From an uncultured delta proteobacterium (GTDB taxonomy: Bacteria; Desulfobacterota; Desulfuromonadia; Geobacterales; DSM-12255), in contig CAWBBV010000001.1 of assembly GCA_963787125.1 (NCBI GenBank), positions 416,001 through 480,000 on the forward strand: a DNA stretch of 64,000 nt, written 5' to 3'. Under the pieces are notes generated by a model. The model searched no databases and was not told the origin of the DNA. It saw only the letters and a list, made by a program, of their open reading frames with translations. Of the stretch, positions 50,223-60,166 are shown piece after piece (position 1 is the stretch's first letter; each line of letters starts with the position of its first letter). The translations under genes and the position numbers were made by a program.

Positions 50223-52202
50223 ATGAGCAGTGAATCGAAAGTAAGTCCACAGGGTGAAAGACATAACGTGCGCAGGGTTGCCCTGGTGGGAAATCCCAAT
50301 GTCGGCAAGAGTGTCCTTTTTAACGCTCTTACCGGTGCCTACGTAACCGTCTCCAACTATCCCGGCACCTCAGTCGAAGTTTCACGCGGCTTTGCGACTA
50401 TTGACGGGGTGCAGTGCGAAATCATCGATACACCCGGAATGTATGCCCTGCTGCCGATTACCGAGGAGGAACGGGTTGCCAGGGAGATACTGCTTAACGA
50501 GTCCCCGGACCTGATTATCCATGTTCTTGATGCCAGAAATCTTGAGCGAATGTTGACCATGACGCTGCAGTTGATTGAAGCCGGTCTGCCGGTTCTCCTG
50601 GTCGTCAACATTATGGATGAGGCTGAGAGGCTGGGAATCGGGATCGATATCCCCATGCTTCAGGATAAGCTGGGAATACCAGTAATCGGCGCTGCTACTG
50701 CCAAAAAAAGGGGTGTGCCGGAGATTCGGCAAGCGATCATCGCCTCGACGGGCAAGCCGCGCACCGCCTTCATCTATTCCCGGCGGCTTGAAAACGATAT
50801 AGATGAAATTGCCTCCGCGTTGACCGGCAGCTATCGCCTTTCCAACAAGGCTTTGGCGCTGTTGTTGCTGCAAAGGGATGATGAAGTCGCAGAACTGGTG
50901 GGTAAAAACGAAGGAGCAGGGGCTGGAGCTGTCAGCGAGAAGGTAAAAGCGAAAAGATTTGAGCGCCGTGAGTCTTTTCATATGGATCTCTCTCTGGAGC
51001 GAAAAGCGCTGGTGCAAGCGCTCACCGCCGGGGTGCTGACGCTCCCTGACAGGCGGCGCGTGACTCTGGCTGAAAGGCTTTCAACCCTTTCTGTCCGCCC
51101 TTTGACAGGAGTTCCTTTGCTGTTGATTGTGCTCTATTTTGGACTATACAAATTTGTCGGTGATTTCGGTGCAGGCACTCTTGTTGATCTACTGGAGAAA
51201 AAGCTGTTCGAGGAGAATTTCAGCCCATGGGCAATAAAAGCTGTAAAAGCAGTTGTGCCGTGGGAGATAATTCAGGAACTTTTCGTTGGTGAATACGGGA
51301 TTATTACTTTAGGCCTGCGCTACGCCGTCGGCATTATTTTGCCGATCGTCGCGACATTTTTCCTCTTTTTTTCCATTTTGGAAGATAGTGGCTATTTCCC
51401 GCGACTGGCACTTCTGGTTGACAGGATCTTCAAAAAAATCGGGCTCACCGGTCGGGCGGTCATTCCCATGGTGCTCGGTTTTGGCTGCTCCACCATGGCG
51501 ACCATGGTGACACGAACTCTTGAAACGGTTCGGGAGCGGATTATAGCTACACTGCTCCTGGCTCTGGCCATCCCTTGTTCCGCCCAGCTCGGTGTCATCC
51601 TGGCGCTGCTTTCCCGGGCGCCGGGAGCCCTGCTTGTCTGGAGCGTCTGTCTGCTGCTGATTTTCCTTGTGGTCGGCTTCCTCACTGCAAAGCTGATGCC
51701 GGGTGAAACGCCGATGTTCTACATGGAGCTGCCACCGATGAGAATACCGCAGCTTTCCAACATTCTCACCAAGACGTATACCAGGATGCAGTGGTATTTT
51801 CTGGAGATACTGCCGCTCTTTATCTTTGCTTCCGTGCTCCTCTGGATCGGGAAGCTGACGCACTTCTTTGAAAAGGCGGTCAACGGCCTGAGCCCGCTGA
51901 TGGCGGCTTTGGGGCTGCCAAAAGAGGTAGCTGTTGCTTTTATCTTTGGTTTCTTCCGCCGTGATTACGGTGCTGCCGGACTTTATGACCTGCAGACCAA
52001 AGGGGGACTTGATGCCCGTCAGTTGACAGTCGCGGCTGTTACCCTGACTCTGTTCGTCCCCTGTGTTGCCCAGTTCCTGATAATGAAGAAAGAGCGGGGC
52101 TGGAAAGTAGCGGGTGCCATCGGTATCTTTATCAGTGGGCTTGCCTTTGGCAGCGGTTACCTGCTCAATAAATTTCTGCTGGTAAGTGGCCTGTTGTCAT
52201 GA
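50223..52202 (+). CDS. feoB: Ferrous iron transporter FeoB
   Basis: GNPNVGKS, NYPGT, DTPG, EDSGY, GFGC, PCSAQL. Confidence 0.96.
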   Translation: MSSESKVSPQGERHNVRRVALVGNPNVGKSVLFNALTGAYVTVSNYPGTSVEVSRGFATIDGVQCEIIDTPGMYALLPITEEERVAREILLNESPDLIIHVLDARNLERMLTMTLQLIEAGLPVLLVVNIMDEAERLGIGIDIPMLQDKLGIPVIGAATAKKRGVPEIRQAIIASTGKPRTAFIYSRRLENDIDEIASALTGSYRLSNKALALLLLQRDDEVAELVGKNEGAGAGAVSEKVKAKRFERRESFHMDLSLERKALVQALTAGVLTLPDRRRVTLAERLSTLSVRPLTGVPLLLIVLYFGLYKFVGDFGAGTLVDLLEKKLFEENFSPWAIKAVKAVVPWEIIQELFVGEYGIITLGLRYAVGIILPIVATFFLFFSILEDSGYFPRLALLVDRIFKKIGLTGRAVIPMVLGFGCSTMATMVTRTLETVRERIIATLLLALAIPCSAQLGVILALLSRAPGALLVWSVCLLLIFLVVGFLTAKLMPGETPMFYMELPPMRIPQLSNILTKTYTRMQWYFLEILPLFIFASVLLWIGKLTHFFEKAVNGLSPLMAALGLPKEVAVAFIFGFFRRDYGAAGLYDLQTKGGLDARQLTVAAVTLTLFVPCVAQFLIMKKERGWKVAGAIGIFISGLAFGSGYLLNKFLLVSGLLS

Positions 52203-52390
52203 TCTGCAGCTACTGCGGTCATGAGTTTGCTGAAGAGGCGGGCAGCAAGGGGTGCGGCAACTGTCCCGGCGGCTGTCACAATGTTCATTGCCCGCGCTGT
52301 AACTACAAAAACCCGCTGGAGCCGGCGGTTGTCAAAAAACTAAGAACGCTCTTTGGAAAGAATTTGCACGTTAAAGGGGGGAAGGAATGA
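52199..52390 (+). CDS. Small Cys-rich protein
   Basis: CSYC, CGNC, C-x4-CPRC; ATGA overlaps at both ends. Confidence 0.75.
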   Translation: MICSYCGHEFAEEAGSKGCGNCPGGCHNVHCPRCNYKNPLEPAVVKKLRTLFGKNLHVKGGKE

Positions 52391-53031
52391 AGCTGACCGA
52401 CCATGCAGAAGAGATACTTGAATCAATGTGGATTGCGATAGAAGAAGAGGGGCGCGGTTTTGCCGATATCGACTCACTTGGATTAACAGCAGCTGATCCG
52501 GCGCTCAAAGAGCTTGTCGGCCATGCATTTATAGAGCTCAAGGGTGAAAGGCTGCATTTCCGCCCGGATGGACGGCAAGAGGGGGAGAAGACGATCCGTC
52601 GTCATCGCCTGGCGGAGCGGCTGATGATGGACGTCCTTAACATCCGTGGCGACAGCGCTGAAATCAAGGCCTGCCAGTTCGAGCACCTCCTCAACGAAGG
52701 GGTCGATAACAAGGTCTGTACGATGCTCAATCATCCCACAACCTGTCCGCACGGTAAAAGAATCCCGCCCGGTGACTGCTGCGATGAAGCCCGCAGTAGC
52801 GGTGATCTCGGCGTAGTTCCGCTGACGGAGCTGAAGTCAGGGGAAGAAGGGGAGATCGCCTACATTCTTACCGAGGATAACAAGAAGATGCAGAAGCTGA
52901 TGGCCATGGGGGTGCTGCCGGGTAACCGCATCGTCCTGATGCAGTCATTTCCGTCATACATTTTCCGGGTCGGTTATTCGGAGTTTGCCATTGATACGGC
53001 CATGGCCAAAGAGATCTTTGTGCGGAGGTAG
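52387..53031 (+). CDS. ideR: DtxR/IdeR-family metal-dependent regulator with C-terminal FeoA domain
   Basis: RRHRLAERL, ACQFEH, PTTCPHGKRIP, KLMAMGVLPG. Confidence 0.85.
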   Translation: MKLTDHAEEILESMWIAIEEEGRGFADIDSLGLTAADPALKELVGHAFIELKGERLHFRPDGRQEGEKTIRRHRLAERLMMDVLNIRGDSAEIKACQFEHLLNEGVDNKVCTMLNHPTTCPHGKRIPPGDCCDEARSSGDLGVVPLTELKSGEEGEIAYILTEDNKKMQKLMAMGVLPGNRIVLMQSFPSYIFRVGYSEFAIDTAMAKEIFVRR

Positions 53032-53034
53032 GAT

Positions 53035-53793
53035 TTAACTACTCACCGGTCTCTCCGCCACTGCAAACACTGAAGTGCCGAAGGGGACTGCTGACTTGAG
53101 CACCAGCCGGTTCTCCTGTCTGGCAGCCCAGAGCAGCAGCCGGTTTACGAGCGGCTGGGGTGAAGTCACATCTGAAGTCACGGAGTGCGGATCGGACGCA
53201 AAGTTCAGCGTTTTTTTCACCAATCTGAAAGCGGCAATCGGTCCGAAAAGAAAGCTGATTCTGTAACTGGCAACCCTGACCTTGAAGCCGCAACTCTCAA
53301 GGAGCGCAACAACCTCCCTGCGGGTGTAGCGCTTTCTGGTATGAACAGCTAAGTCATGGGTGCTGCGAAGGAATTCATGGGCTACCAGGTTCAGGATCAG
53401 CACGCCGCCAGGCTTAAGCGCGTTCAGGAATTTTTTCAGCACGGCTTTATCATCAGTGATGGCCAGATGATAAAGGGTGTCGATGGAAGTGATGACATCG
53501 TAGTGGGCTGAGTGCAGCGAAACCGTGTTGAGGTCAGCCTGGAACAGCCCTTTTAAGCCCCGTTTGCGGCAAAGTTCAAGAGCCTGCGCCGAGATGTCGC
53601 AGCCGGAAACCGCTCCATGATCTTGAAGGAGTTGGCAGAGCCTACCGGTACCGCAACCGGCGTCAAGGATTTGTAACGCTTCTCCCTTTGCGGTTCTCGT
53701 TGGGATTGCAGCCAAAATCAGTTCATGCAGGGCAACATACCACCAGTGAAAGTCTTCCACCGCGAACATCTGCCCGTATTCACGCGGATTCAT
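53035..53793 (-). CDS. Class I SAM-dependent methyltransferase
   Basis: EDFHWWY, ILDAGCGTG, LKPGG. Confidence 0.88.
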   Translation of the reverse strand: MNPREYGQMFAVEDFHWWYVALHELILAAIPTRTAKGEALQILDAGCGTGRLCQLLQDHGAVSGCDISAQALELCRKRGLKGLFQADLNTVSLHSAHYDVITSIDTLYHLAITDDKAVLKKFLNALKPGGVLILNLVAHEFLRSTHDLAVHTRKRYTRREVVALLESCGFKVRVASYRISFLFGPIAAFRLVKKTLNFASDPHSVTSDVTSPQPLVNRLLLWAARQENRLVLKSAVPFGTSVFAVAERPVSS

Positions 53794-54941
53794 GGCGTTC
53801 TTTGCCCATCAAAAAAACTTCTGATCACCGCAATGACTCTTTCCAGATGTTCCGGAGGGAGCGCGCCGTACATCGGCAAAGAAAGAATTTCACCGGCAAG
53901 TTGCTCGGTTACCGGCAGACTCCCCGCTTGGTAGCCGAGAAAAGCGTAGCCCCGCATCAGGTGAACCGGATGGGGATAGTTGATCCTTGTTTCAATGCCG
54001 TACTCGCCCAGATATCTTTTCAGCTCATCACGGTAGCCGGTTCTGAGGGTGTAGAGATAAAAGCGGTGATCTCTGTCCGGACGGGTGACCGGCAGTACGA
54101 GATCACCGACAGTTGCCAGTTGCCGGTTATATTGCCTGGCTATGCCCTGTCTTTTCCTGACCTCTTCCTCAACTTTTGGCAGCATAAAATCAAGGAGGGC
54201 GGCATGGAGCTCGTCAAGCCTTGAGTTGTACCCCTCCTCTTCGGCGTAATACTCCCCCTGCATCCCGTAAAAGCGGAGCCGTTTGAGGCGCTCGGCAAGC
54301 GCTGTCGAAGAAGTCGTCAGCATCCCGGCGTCGCCGAACGTGCCGAGAATCTTGGTTGGATAGAAAGAGAACGCGCCGATATTGCCGAGACTGCCGACTC
54401 TCTGGCCCTGATAGCTCGCCCCTGCTGCCTGAGCGCAGTCTTCCACAACCGCCAGACCGTGCTGGGCGGCGAGGCGGTTGATTGGCGCCATGGACGCTGC
54501 CTGCCCGCAAAGGTGTACCGGCAGCAGGCAGCGTGTCCTCTCAGTCAGCAATGACTCGATAACATCGGTATCCATCAAATATGTGTCTGCTTCGACATCA
54601 GCGAACACCGGTCTGGCGCCGGTCGCCCTGATGGCGGCAACCGTCGGTACGGCAGTATTGGCAACCGTGATGACTTCATCTCCCGCCCCTATATCGAGAG
54701 CTTTCAGCGCCAGGAAAAGAGCATCTGTACAGGAGTTGACCCCGATCCCGAATCCCGCGCCGCAGTAGTTGGCGAAGTTTTTTTCAAAACTGTCGACCCT
54801 GCTGCCGAGGATCAGGCGCCCTGACGAAAAAACTTCATCGGTTATCCGTAGAATTTCGTCGCGATTGCGGACATAGTCCGGCAGGTAGTCCCAGTATTTA
54901 ATCGGGTCAGCTGCCTGGTGACGGGTTTTATTGTGAGGCAT
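53790..54941 (-). CDS. DegT/DnrJ/EryC1 sugar aminotransferase
   Basis: VEDCAQA, SFYPTKILG, GYNSRLDE. Confidence 0.93.
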   Translation of the reverse strand: MPHNKTRHQAADPIKYWDYLPDYVRNRDEILRITDEVFSSGRLILGSRVDSFEKNFANYCGAGFGIGVNSCTDALFLALKALDIGAGDEVITVANTAVPTVAAIRATGARPVFADVEADTYLMDTDVIESLLTERTRCLLPVHLCGQAASMAPINRLAAQHGLAVVEDCAQAAGASYQGQRVGSLGNIGAFSFYPTKILGTFGDAGMLTTSSTALAERLKRLRFYGMQGEYYAEEEGYNSRLDELHAALLDFMLPKVEEEVRKRQGIARQYNRQLATVGDLVLPVTRPDRDHRFYLYTLRTGYRDELKRYLGEYGIETRINYPHPVHLMRGYAFLGYQAGSLPVTEQLAGEILSLPMYGALPPEHLERVIAVIRSFFDGQRTP

Positions 54942-55953
54942 ATTTATTCTCCATGCAGCCTTGTGCCATGTTGTCTGCCAGTCTGGCCATTGTTGCCGCC
55001 TGCCTGTTGAGATGTGAGAAGTCGCTGCCGGTCCGGATAAGGAGACAGATGTTTTCAAGCATGAGTCTGAAGTGATCGGCAGCAGGGATGACAGTTTCGG
55101 TTACGGTATCAGCGCTGCTGAGAAATATGCTGTTTGTGTAGTCTTCCGGCGTGGTATAGGCCCGTTCAAGCCGGATGCTGCCGGTTTCACCGATGACTTC
55201 ATAGCGTGCTTCGTAGCTCCGACCAAAAGCGATGGAGAAGGTGAATAGTTCATTGCCGGCGGTTATGGCCGTACCGGTGACGCCGCTGTTAAGTGTACCC
55301 AGCCAGGTTGAGTGCCCAGAGAAATTCTGTGGCTCGGCGCTGAGCAGATAATTCGCAATGCCGAGCGGGTAGCGGGCCAGATCAAGAAAGGCGCCGCCTC
55401 CCTGGCGCGGGTCGAGCCTGAAACTGTCCGTTTTCGGGAAGGGAAAGCCGAAAAAACTGCGCAACTCCTTAATCGTGCCGATTGTCCCCGCCGCCAGCAT
55501 TGATTTGACAACAGCGTGCTGCGGATGAAACAGGAACATCTGGTTTTCGTAGATAAGCCGGTTGTTGCTTGTGGCGCAGGCAAGAATCTTCTCTGCTGAA
55601 GTCAGTGAAGTGGCGAGTGGCTTTTCGCAAATGAGATGCTTGCCCGCCTTAAGAGCATTCAGCGACCACTCTTCATGGAGATGATTCGGCAAAGAGAGAT
55701 ACACAAGATCGATGTCGGCTGAAGCCAACAGCTCGGTAGCGGTCATAGCACGGCAGGAATGAGCATGGGCGTAAGCGGCTGTTCTGGCCGCGTCCCTGCC
55801 CGCAACAGCTGCCAGCGAGGCAGCGGCGCAGTGGCGGAGCGCCGGGATGAATTTACGTCGAGCAATATCCGAGCAGCCGAGAACACCTACCCGCAGCAAA
55901 TCACCACTTTCAAGCGGCGTGCTCCGCTCAGCTCGGCTGCGGCTCAAGCTCAT
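54928..55953 (-). CDS. Gfo/Idh/MocA oxidoreductase (NDP-sugar 3-ketoreductase-like)
   Basis: GVLGCSDIARR, CEKPL, GGGAFLDLARY. Confidence 0.88.
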   Translation of the reverse strand: MSLSRSRAERSTPLESGDLLRVGVLGCSDIARRKFIPALRHCAAASLAAVAGRDAARTAAYAHAHSCRAMTATELLASADIDLVYLSLPNHLHEEWSLNALKAGKHLICEKPLATSLTSAEKILACATSNNRLIYENQMFLFHPQHAVVKSMLAAGTIGTIKELRSFFGFPFPKTDSFRLDPRQGGGAFLDLARYPLGIANYLLSAEPQNFSGHSTWLGTLNSGVTGTAITAGNELFTFSIAFGRSYEARYEVIGETGSIRLERAYTTPEDYTNSIFLSSADTVTETVIPAADHFRLMLENICLLIRTGSDFSHLNRQAATMARLADNMAQGCMENKYASQ

Positions 55954-57649
55954 AAACCACTACTCCGATACTCTTTGGGTCGGTGTACAGCAAAAATGGC
56001 CGTAATCCCTGCACCCGGTAATTGGGATCTGTATTGAAAAATCTGCCGGGTGGCTGGTTTAGACCCACAAGCGGGTCAAAAATCTCTGTTCCCAGTTTCG
56101 GTCGATTACTGTAAAGAACCCCATCGGCAATAAAGAAGCGCACGCCGTTTTCCCGTGCCAGTTGAATTACCCCGGCAAGTTCTGTTTCCGCAGGGATATT
56201 CACATAGTCCCGTTCGGCGTAAAATGCAATTCTGGCCCAGCGGGTCATTATCTTTCCCGGCGGCAGGGACTCTTTCAACAGCAGCCCGATATGTTTTTCG
56301 GCCCGGCGATAGTTATCCGACTCCGGGATGTACTCTGCGTCGGAGATATCCGCGTGTATCTGGGGGACGAAAACAGTTGTTGCATAAATAAGTACAGCTA
56401 CAAGCAGGAGTGGCGTGCGCCGGAGCAGTTGCTGCTGTGCTGCTGACAAGACGGCGGCAGATTTAATTTTAAGCTTTTCTTCTATAGTTGTGAATCCGGC
56501 TGCGGCAAAGAGAAACATGATCGGCATATACGCTTCAACATAACCACTGTTTATATAGTAAAAAGTGATCAGTACCCCAATCGGGGTAAAGCTTGAGAGC
56601 AGAAAGAGCCGGATGGTGTTTTTATCCCGGTCAAACCCTCCGGAAAAAACCCCGATAGTAAAAAGTAGCCAGAGTCCGGGTGGCAGCAGAGTGCTCCACG
56701 TCGCTTTGAGGTTTTTTAGCGAGTTTACCCAGATGAACGCCGGGTGATCCCGTAAAATATCCAGGTAACCTTTTGGTTTGAAGCCGGGAACATAGCTCAT
56801 ATCGGTGATGTTGAGGTAGTAACTGAGGGCATCATTAAGAGCACTGTCAGTTTTGGCGGAGAGTTGCCAATGACCGGAAATATGATGCACCAGCAACAGG
56901 TTGACACTGAAGAGCAGGAGAAAACCGCCGCAGTAGGCGGCGATAAGACCCAACTGACTCCGGAGGTGGCGATAGTGGTAGACGCCCAGTGCCAGAGGCA
57001 TGACGACAAAAAGAGCAATCCCTTCCGGGCGGGTGAGGAATGTCAGCCCCATGAAAAACCCGGCAAGGGTGCCGTTCAGCAGCGAAGGTTTTGTAAACGC
57101 CCGCCAGAGGAGCAAAACTGCTGTAAGCTGAAGAGTTGTATGGGTTGACTGGGTGATCACCTCGCAGGAAGAGTTAACCAGGCAAGGCCAGACTACGCTT
57201 AAAAGTGCCGCGGCAATGGCAACTTTTCTTGAAAAAACGGCTTTCCCCAAAAGGTAGAGCGGCACGACCAGCAGTGAACCCGTAATAATTGAAGTGATTC
57301 TCCCCGCGGTTTCAAGATCACTGATGAACAAATTTGTCACAGCAATAAGTACCGGATAGAGCCCGTAGGTGCCGATGCCGTGAAAATCACCCCCTGCCAA
57401 AGCACGGGCCGTAAGGGCGTAGCTTGTGCCGTCCGTTGCAATAACATGAAAAAATTGTAGTGAGTAGAGGCGAACGCCCAAAGCTGCCAGAATCAGCGCC
57501 ATAATGGTGTAGAGATCTTTGTTGCCGGCGGACGTAGCTGAGCGGGTGTTTTTCTGCGGGCACGATTCAGGGGTGGGGATCATTTCTAGGCATGTTGCAG
57601 AATAAACTGTGTCGGTGTCATCCTGAAGTGGAGCGGTGCCGTAGCTCAT
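55928..57649 (-). CDS. ArnT/PMT-like (GT-C fold) membrane glycosyltransferase
   Basis: Many TM segments; DGTSY, GLYP, LTRPEG. Confidence 0.8.
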   Translation of the reverse strand: MSYGTAPLQDDTDTVYSATCLEMIPTPESCPQKNTRSATSAGNKDLYTIMALILAALGVRLYSLQFFHVIATDGTSYALTARALAGGDFHGIGTYGLYPVLIAVTNLFISDLETAGRITSIITGSLLVVPLYLLGKAVFSRKVAIAAALLSVVWPCLVNSSCEVITQSTHTTLQLTAVLLLWRAFTKPSLLNGTLAGFFMGLTFLTRPEGIALFVVMPLALGVYHYRHLRSQLGLIAAYCGGFLLLFSVNLLLVHHISGHWQLSAKTDSALNDALSYYLNITDMSYVPGFKPKGYLDILRDHPAFIWVNSLKNLKATWSTLLPPGLWLLFTIGVFSGGFDRDKNTIRLFLLSSFTPIGVLITFYYINSGYVEAYMPIMFLFAAAGFTTIEEKLKIKSAAVLSAAQQQLLRRTPLLLVAVLIYATTVFVPQIHADISDAEYIPESDNYRRAEKHIGLLLKESLPPGKIMTRWARIAFYAERDYVNIPAETELAGVIQLARENGVRFFIADGVLYSNRPKLGTEIFDPLVGLNQPPGRFFNTDPNYRVQGLRPFLLYTDPKSIGVVVYELEPQPS

Positions 57650-59121
57650 TATCCGGCACCGTTGCTGAGCATCGTGGCGAAAACGCTTCTGGCGCAGGAA
57701 TTGACGCTCTCGCCCATATTGATGAAGAAGTTAAGCTCAGATTGCGATAGCCAGCAAAAGTCAGCAGGAATTGGCAGCTCTTCAGTTGCAGGTAGATTTA
57801 GAATCCGATGGCTGTGAACTTCATTGTAAAATCTGGCCCCCTCTTCGCTCTGGATACTCTGCAGCAGAAGCGGAAAGCGTCCCGGTTTGTAAAATTCTTC
57901 AAAAAGAAAAGGTTTCCGGAGCCTTTCGTTGCCGATGTAGTTATTCGGAGTGAACTGCACCGTTGGTCCGAGTTGGACCAACCCCCTGTTACCGAACTCT
58001 GCTTTTGCCTGCATCAGGAAGAAGCGCTCATTGCCGCTGACTTTGGTCAGCAGCCCGATGATTCCAACCCCGGGATTGTCAAGGATCGGCTGATTCCAGA
58101 CGGCAACTTCCCGTTCGGTTGTTGTTACATCCAGGCCGATAACCCGGAAAAACCGGCCATGCTCATGGGAAAAAGAGCCGTCACGATCCATTCCCCACTC
58201 TTTGAGGCTGTTTAGCGGAGTTCTTTTTACCCAGAAATGATTGACTGCTTTCCGGTCGTCCAGCCACTGGACTTTTGCCGCCAGAGCGCTGCCGTCTGGG
58301 CTGTCTGCAGCATCTTGGCGGCGGCTTGACGCTTTGGGAGAGATGACGCTGTCACTGAAAACCAGTGCCGAAAGGATACTTCTGGTGCAGGCGTGGAGCA
58401 GATTGTCGCGCTTTATCAGCTGGCCGATCTGCCTTAACGTCATCCAGATGAAGTTGTCCGGCAACTGCGTTAATTCAGATTCAGCAACTTTTACAATCAT
58501 ATTCCGGTTTGACTTGTAGAGGAATCTCCCGCCGTCTTCAGTCTGGAGCTTTGCATAGATGATCCGCCCTTTGGCCGGATCAATAAAATATTCAACAAAC
58601 TTCGGCGGGGTGCCGCCATGCACTTGGGTATAATTGCTGTAAGTTGCCTGCAGTGTTGGCGAAAGCTGCACAGAATTGATGTTGCCAGGCTCTTCTTTTG
58701 CTTGCAGGCAGAAGTGGAGTACGCCAAGGATCTCTTTTGCCACTATTCCCAGTATGCCGACTTCCGGCTGATCAATGATAGGCTGATCCCACTCGATTTC
58801 AACTGAGTCTGAGCGGTGCTTTATGACTGCACCGGTAATAGTGAAAAATCTGCCCGTATCATGGCAGATATTCCCTGTTTCCGGGCTGACGCCCCAGCCC
58901 TGCATCTCATTGAGAGAGATAGTCTGTATCTTCAACTTTGGGGTCAGCAGCTGAGAAGTGATCCATTTGTCAAGCTGTCTGTCGGAATGAAGCGAGGTTT
59001 TCAGATCTCGGGAGCGGTTGATATCCCGGCAATCTTCCGGACTGAGCCAGCTGGGCAGGTTGCCGGGATTACGAGTATTATCGCTCCCGGAAACCTGAGA
59101 AGATGTTTTTTTAGTCAACAT
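57649..59121 (-). CDS. NDP-hexose 2,3-dehydratase (EvaA-like, duplicated domain)
   Basis: GRFF, WDQPIIDQPEVGILG, QAKEEPGN, LSPTLQAT, SEEGARFY. Confidence 0.9.
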   Translation of the reverse strand: MLTKKTSSQVSGSDNTRNPGNLPSWLSPEDCRDINRSRDLKTSLHSDRQLDKWITSQLLTPKLKIQTISLNEMQGWGVSPETGNICHDTGRFFTITGAVIKHRSDSVEIEWDQPIIDQPEVGILGIVAKEILGVLHFCLQAKEEPGNINSVQLSPTLQATYSNYTQVHGGTPPKFVEYFIDPAKGRIIYAKLQTEDGGRFLYKSNRNMIVKVAESELTQLPDNFIWMTLRQIGQLIKRDNLLHACTRSILSALVFSDSVISPKASSRRQDAADSPDGSALAAKVQWLDDRKAVNHFWVKRTPLNSLKEWGMDRDGSFSHEHGRFFRVIGLDVTTTEREVAVWNQPILDNPGVGIIGLLTKVSGNERFFLMQAKAEFGNRGLVQLGPTVQFTPNNYIGNERLRKPFLFEEFYKPGRFPLLLQSIQSEEGARFYNEVHSHRILNLPATEELPIPADFCWLSQSELNFFINMGESVNSCARSVFATMLSNGAG

Positions 59122-60095
59122 TTATAGAGACTCCTGATCTTTAGAGGCGATTGAATCTCTGCCTCGTTGCGCGCCAAAAACTTTTCTCTGATTACGAACT
59201 GGGGATCCCTGTTCAGCGACAGGTAAATTCTGCCGACATATTCACCGACAACACTGACTGCCAGCATCTGTATCCCACGGAAAAAAGTTGTAACGGCTGT
59301 AAGGGTCTCTATTTCAGTAGGATCGACCCGGCTTGGCATGAACTGGTCAAACAGGGCAAATCCGGCAACGTATATGCCGACGAGGGTCATTATCATGCCG
59401 ACAAAGCCGAGAATTCTCAACGGGATGAGGGAGTAGCTGAGAATCATGTTGCCCCAGAGAGAGACGAGCTTCCCGAAAGAATATCCCGAGCGTCCGTGTC
59501 GGCGTTTGTCATGGCGCACCTCTACGCTGCCGATATTGGCGGTGCTGCGTAAGATGATGGCGTCAATATAGGGGTCAGGTCCGGAATATTTGATGACTTC
59601 GCTAACCAGAAAGCGGTTCATAATCTTGAAGCTGGAAAGATAAAGACCAGCTGGTTTGTGCAGGATCAGATTCGCCATCCTGTCATTAAAGAGACTGCCC
59701 ATGTTTCTGAACAGGCCATCATTCTTTTCGAGGTATTTCGTATAAACAACGTCGAAGCCCTTTTCAATTTCGCATACCAGACTTGCAACCTCTTCGGGAG
59801 GATTCTGAAAATCGTCATCCATAATAACGCACAAGTCTCCCCGGGCGCAGTTAAGACCGGCCATTACGGCATTATGCTCACTGAAGTTGCGGGCAAGCTT
59901 TATATAGGTAATGGTTTCGCCATGCAGGTCATGGAGCCTTCGACAGATAATGTCCGTGTTATCACGACTGTTATCATTTACGAGCACAATCTCCAGACGA
60001 TAGCAACTTGCATACAGGCCTAAAAGTTCATTGCAAAGAGGTTCAATGGTCTGTTCAGCGTTATATACCGGAATAACAATTGATAAAGCTGTCAT
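59115..60095 (-). CDS. GT2 polyprenol-phosphate glycosyltransferase (ArnC/GtrB-like)
   Basis: SIVIPVYN, RNFSEHNA, MDDDFQNPP, two C-terminal TMs, GEYVGRIY. Confidence 0.9.
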   Translation of the reverse strand: MTALSIVIPVYNAEQTIEPLCNELLGLYASCYRLEIVLVNDNSRDNTDIICRRLHDLHGETITYIKLARNFSEHNAVMAGLNCARGDLCVIMDDDFQNPPEEVASLVCEIEKGFDVVYTKYLEKNDGLFRNMGSLFNDRMANLILHKPAGLYLSSFKIMNRFLVSEVIKYSGPDPYIDAIILRSTANIGSVEVRHDKRRHGRSGYSFGKLVSLWGNMILSYSLIPLRILGFVGMIMTLVGIYVAGFALFDQFMPSRVDPTEIETLTAVTTFFRGIQMLAVSVVGEYVGRIYLSLNRDPQFVIREKFLARNEAEIQSPLKIRSLYKC

Positions 60096-60166
60096 GTCTG
60101 CACCTCGGCAGTCATCAGTAATTTGACGGTGTATTCAGCGAGTGCTGGGGGTAATTCAGGCAGTTG

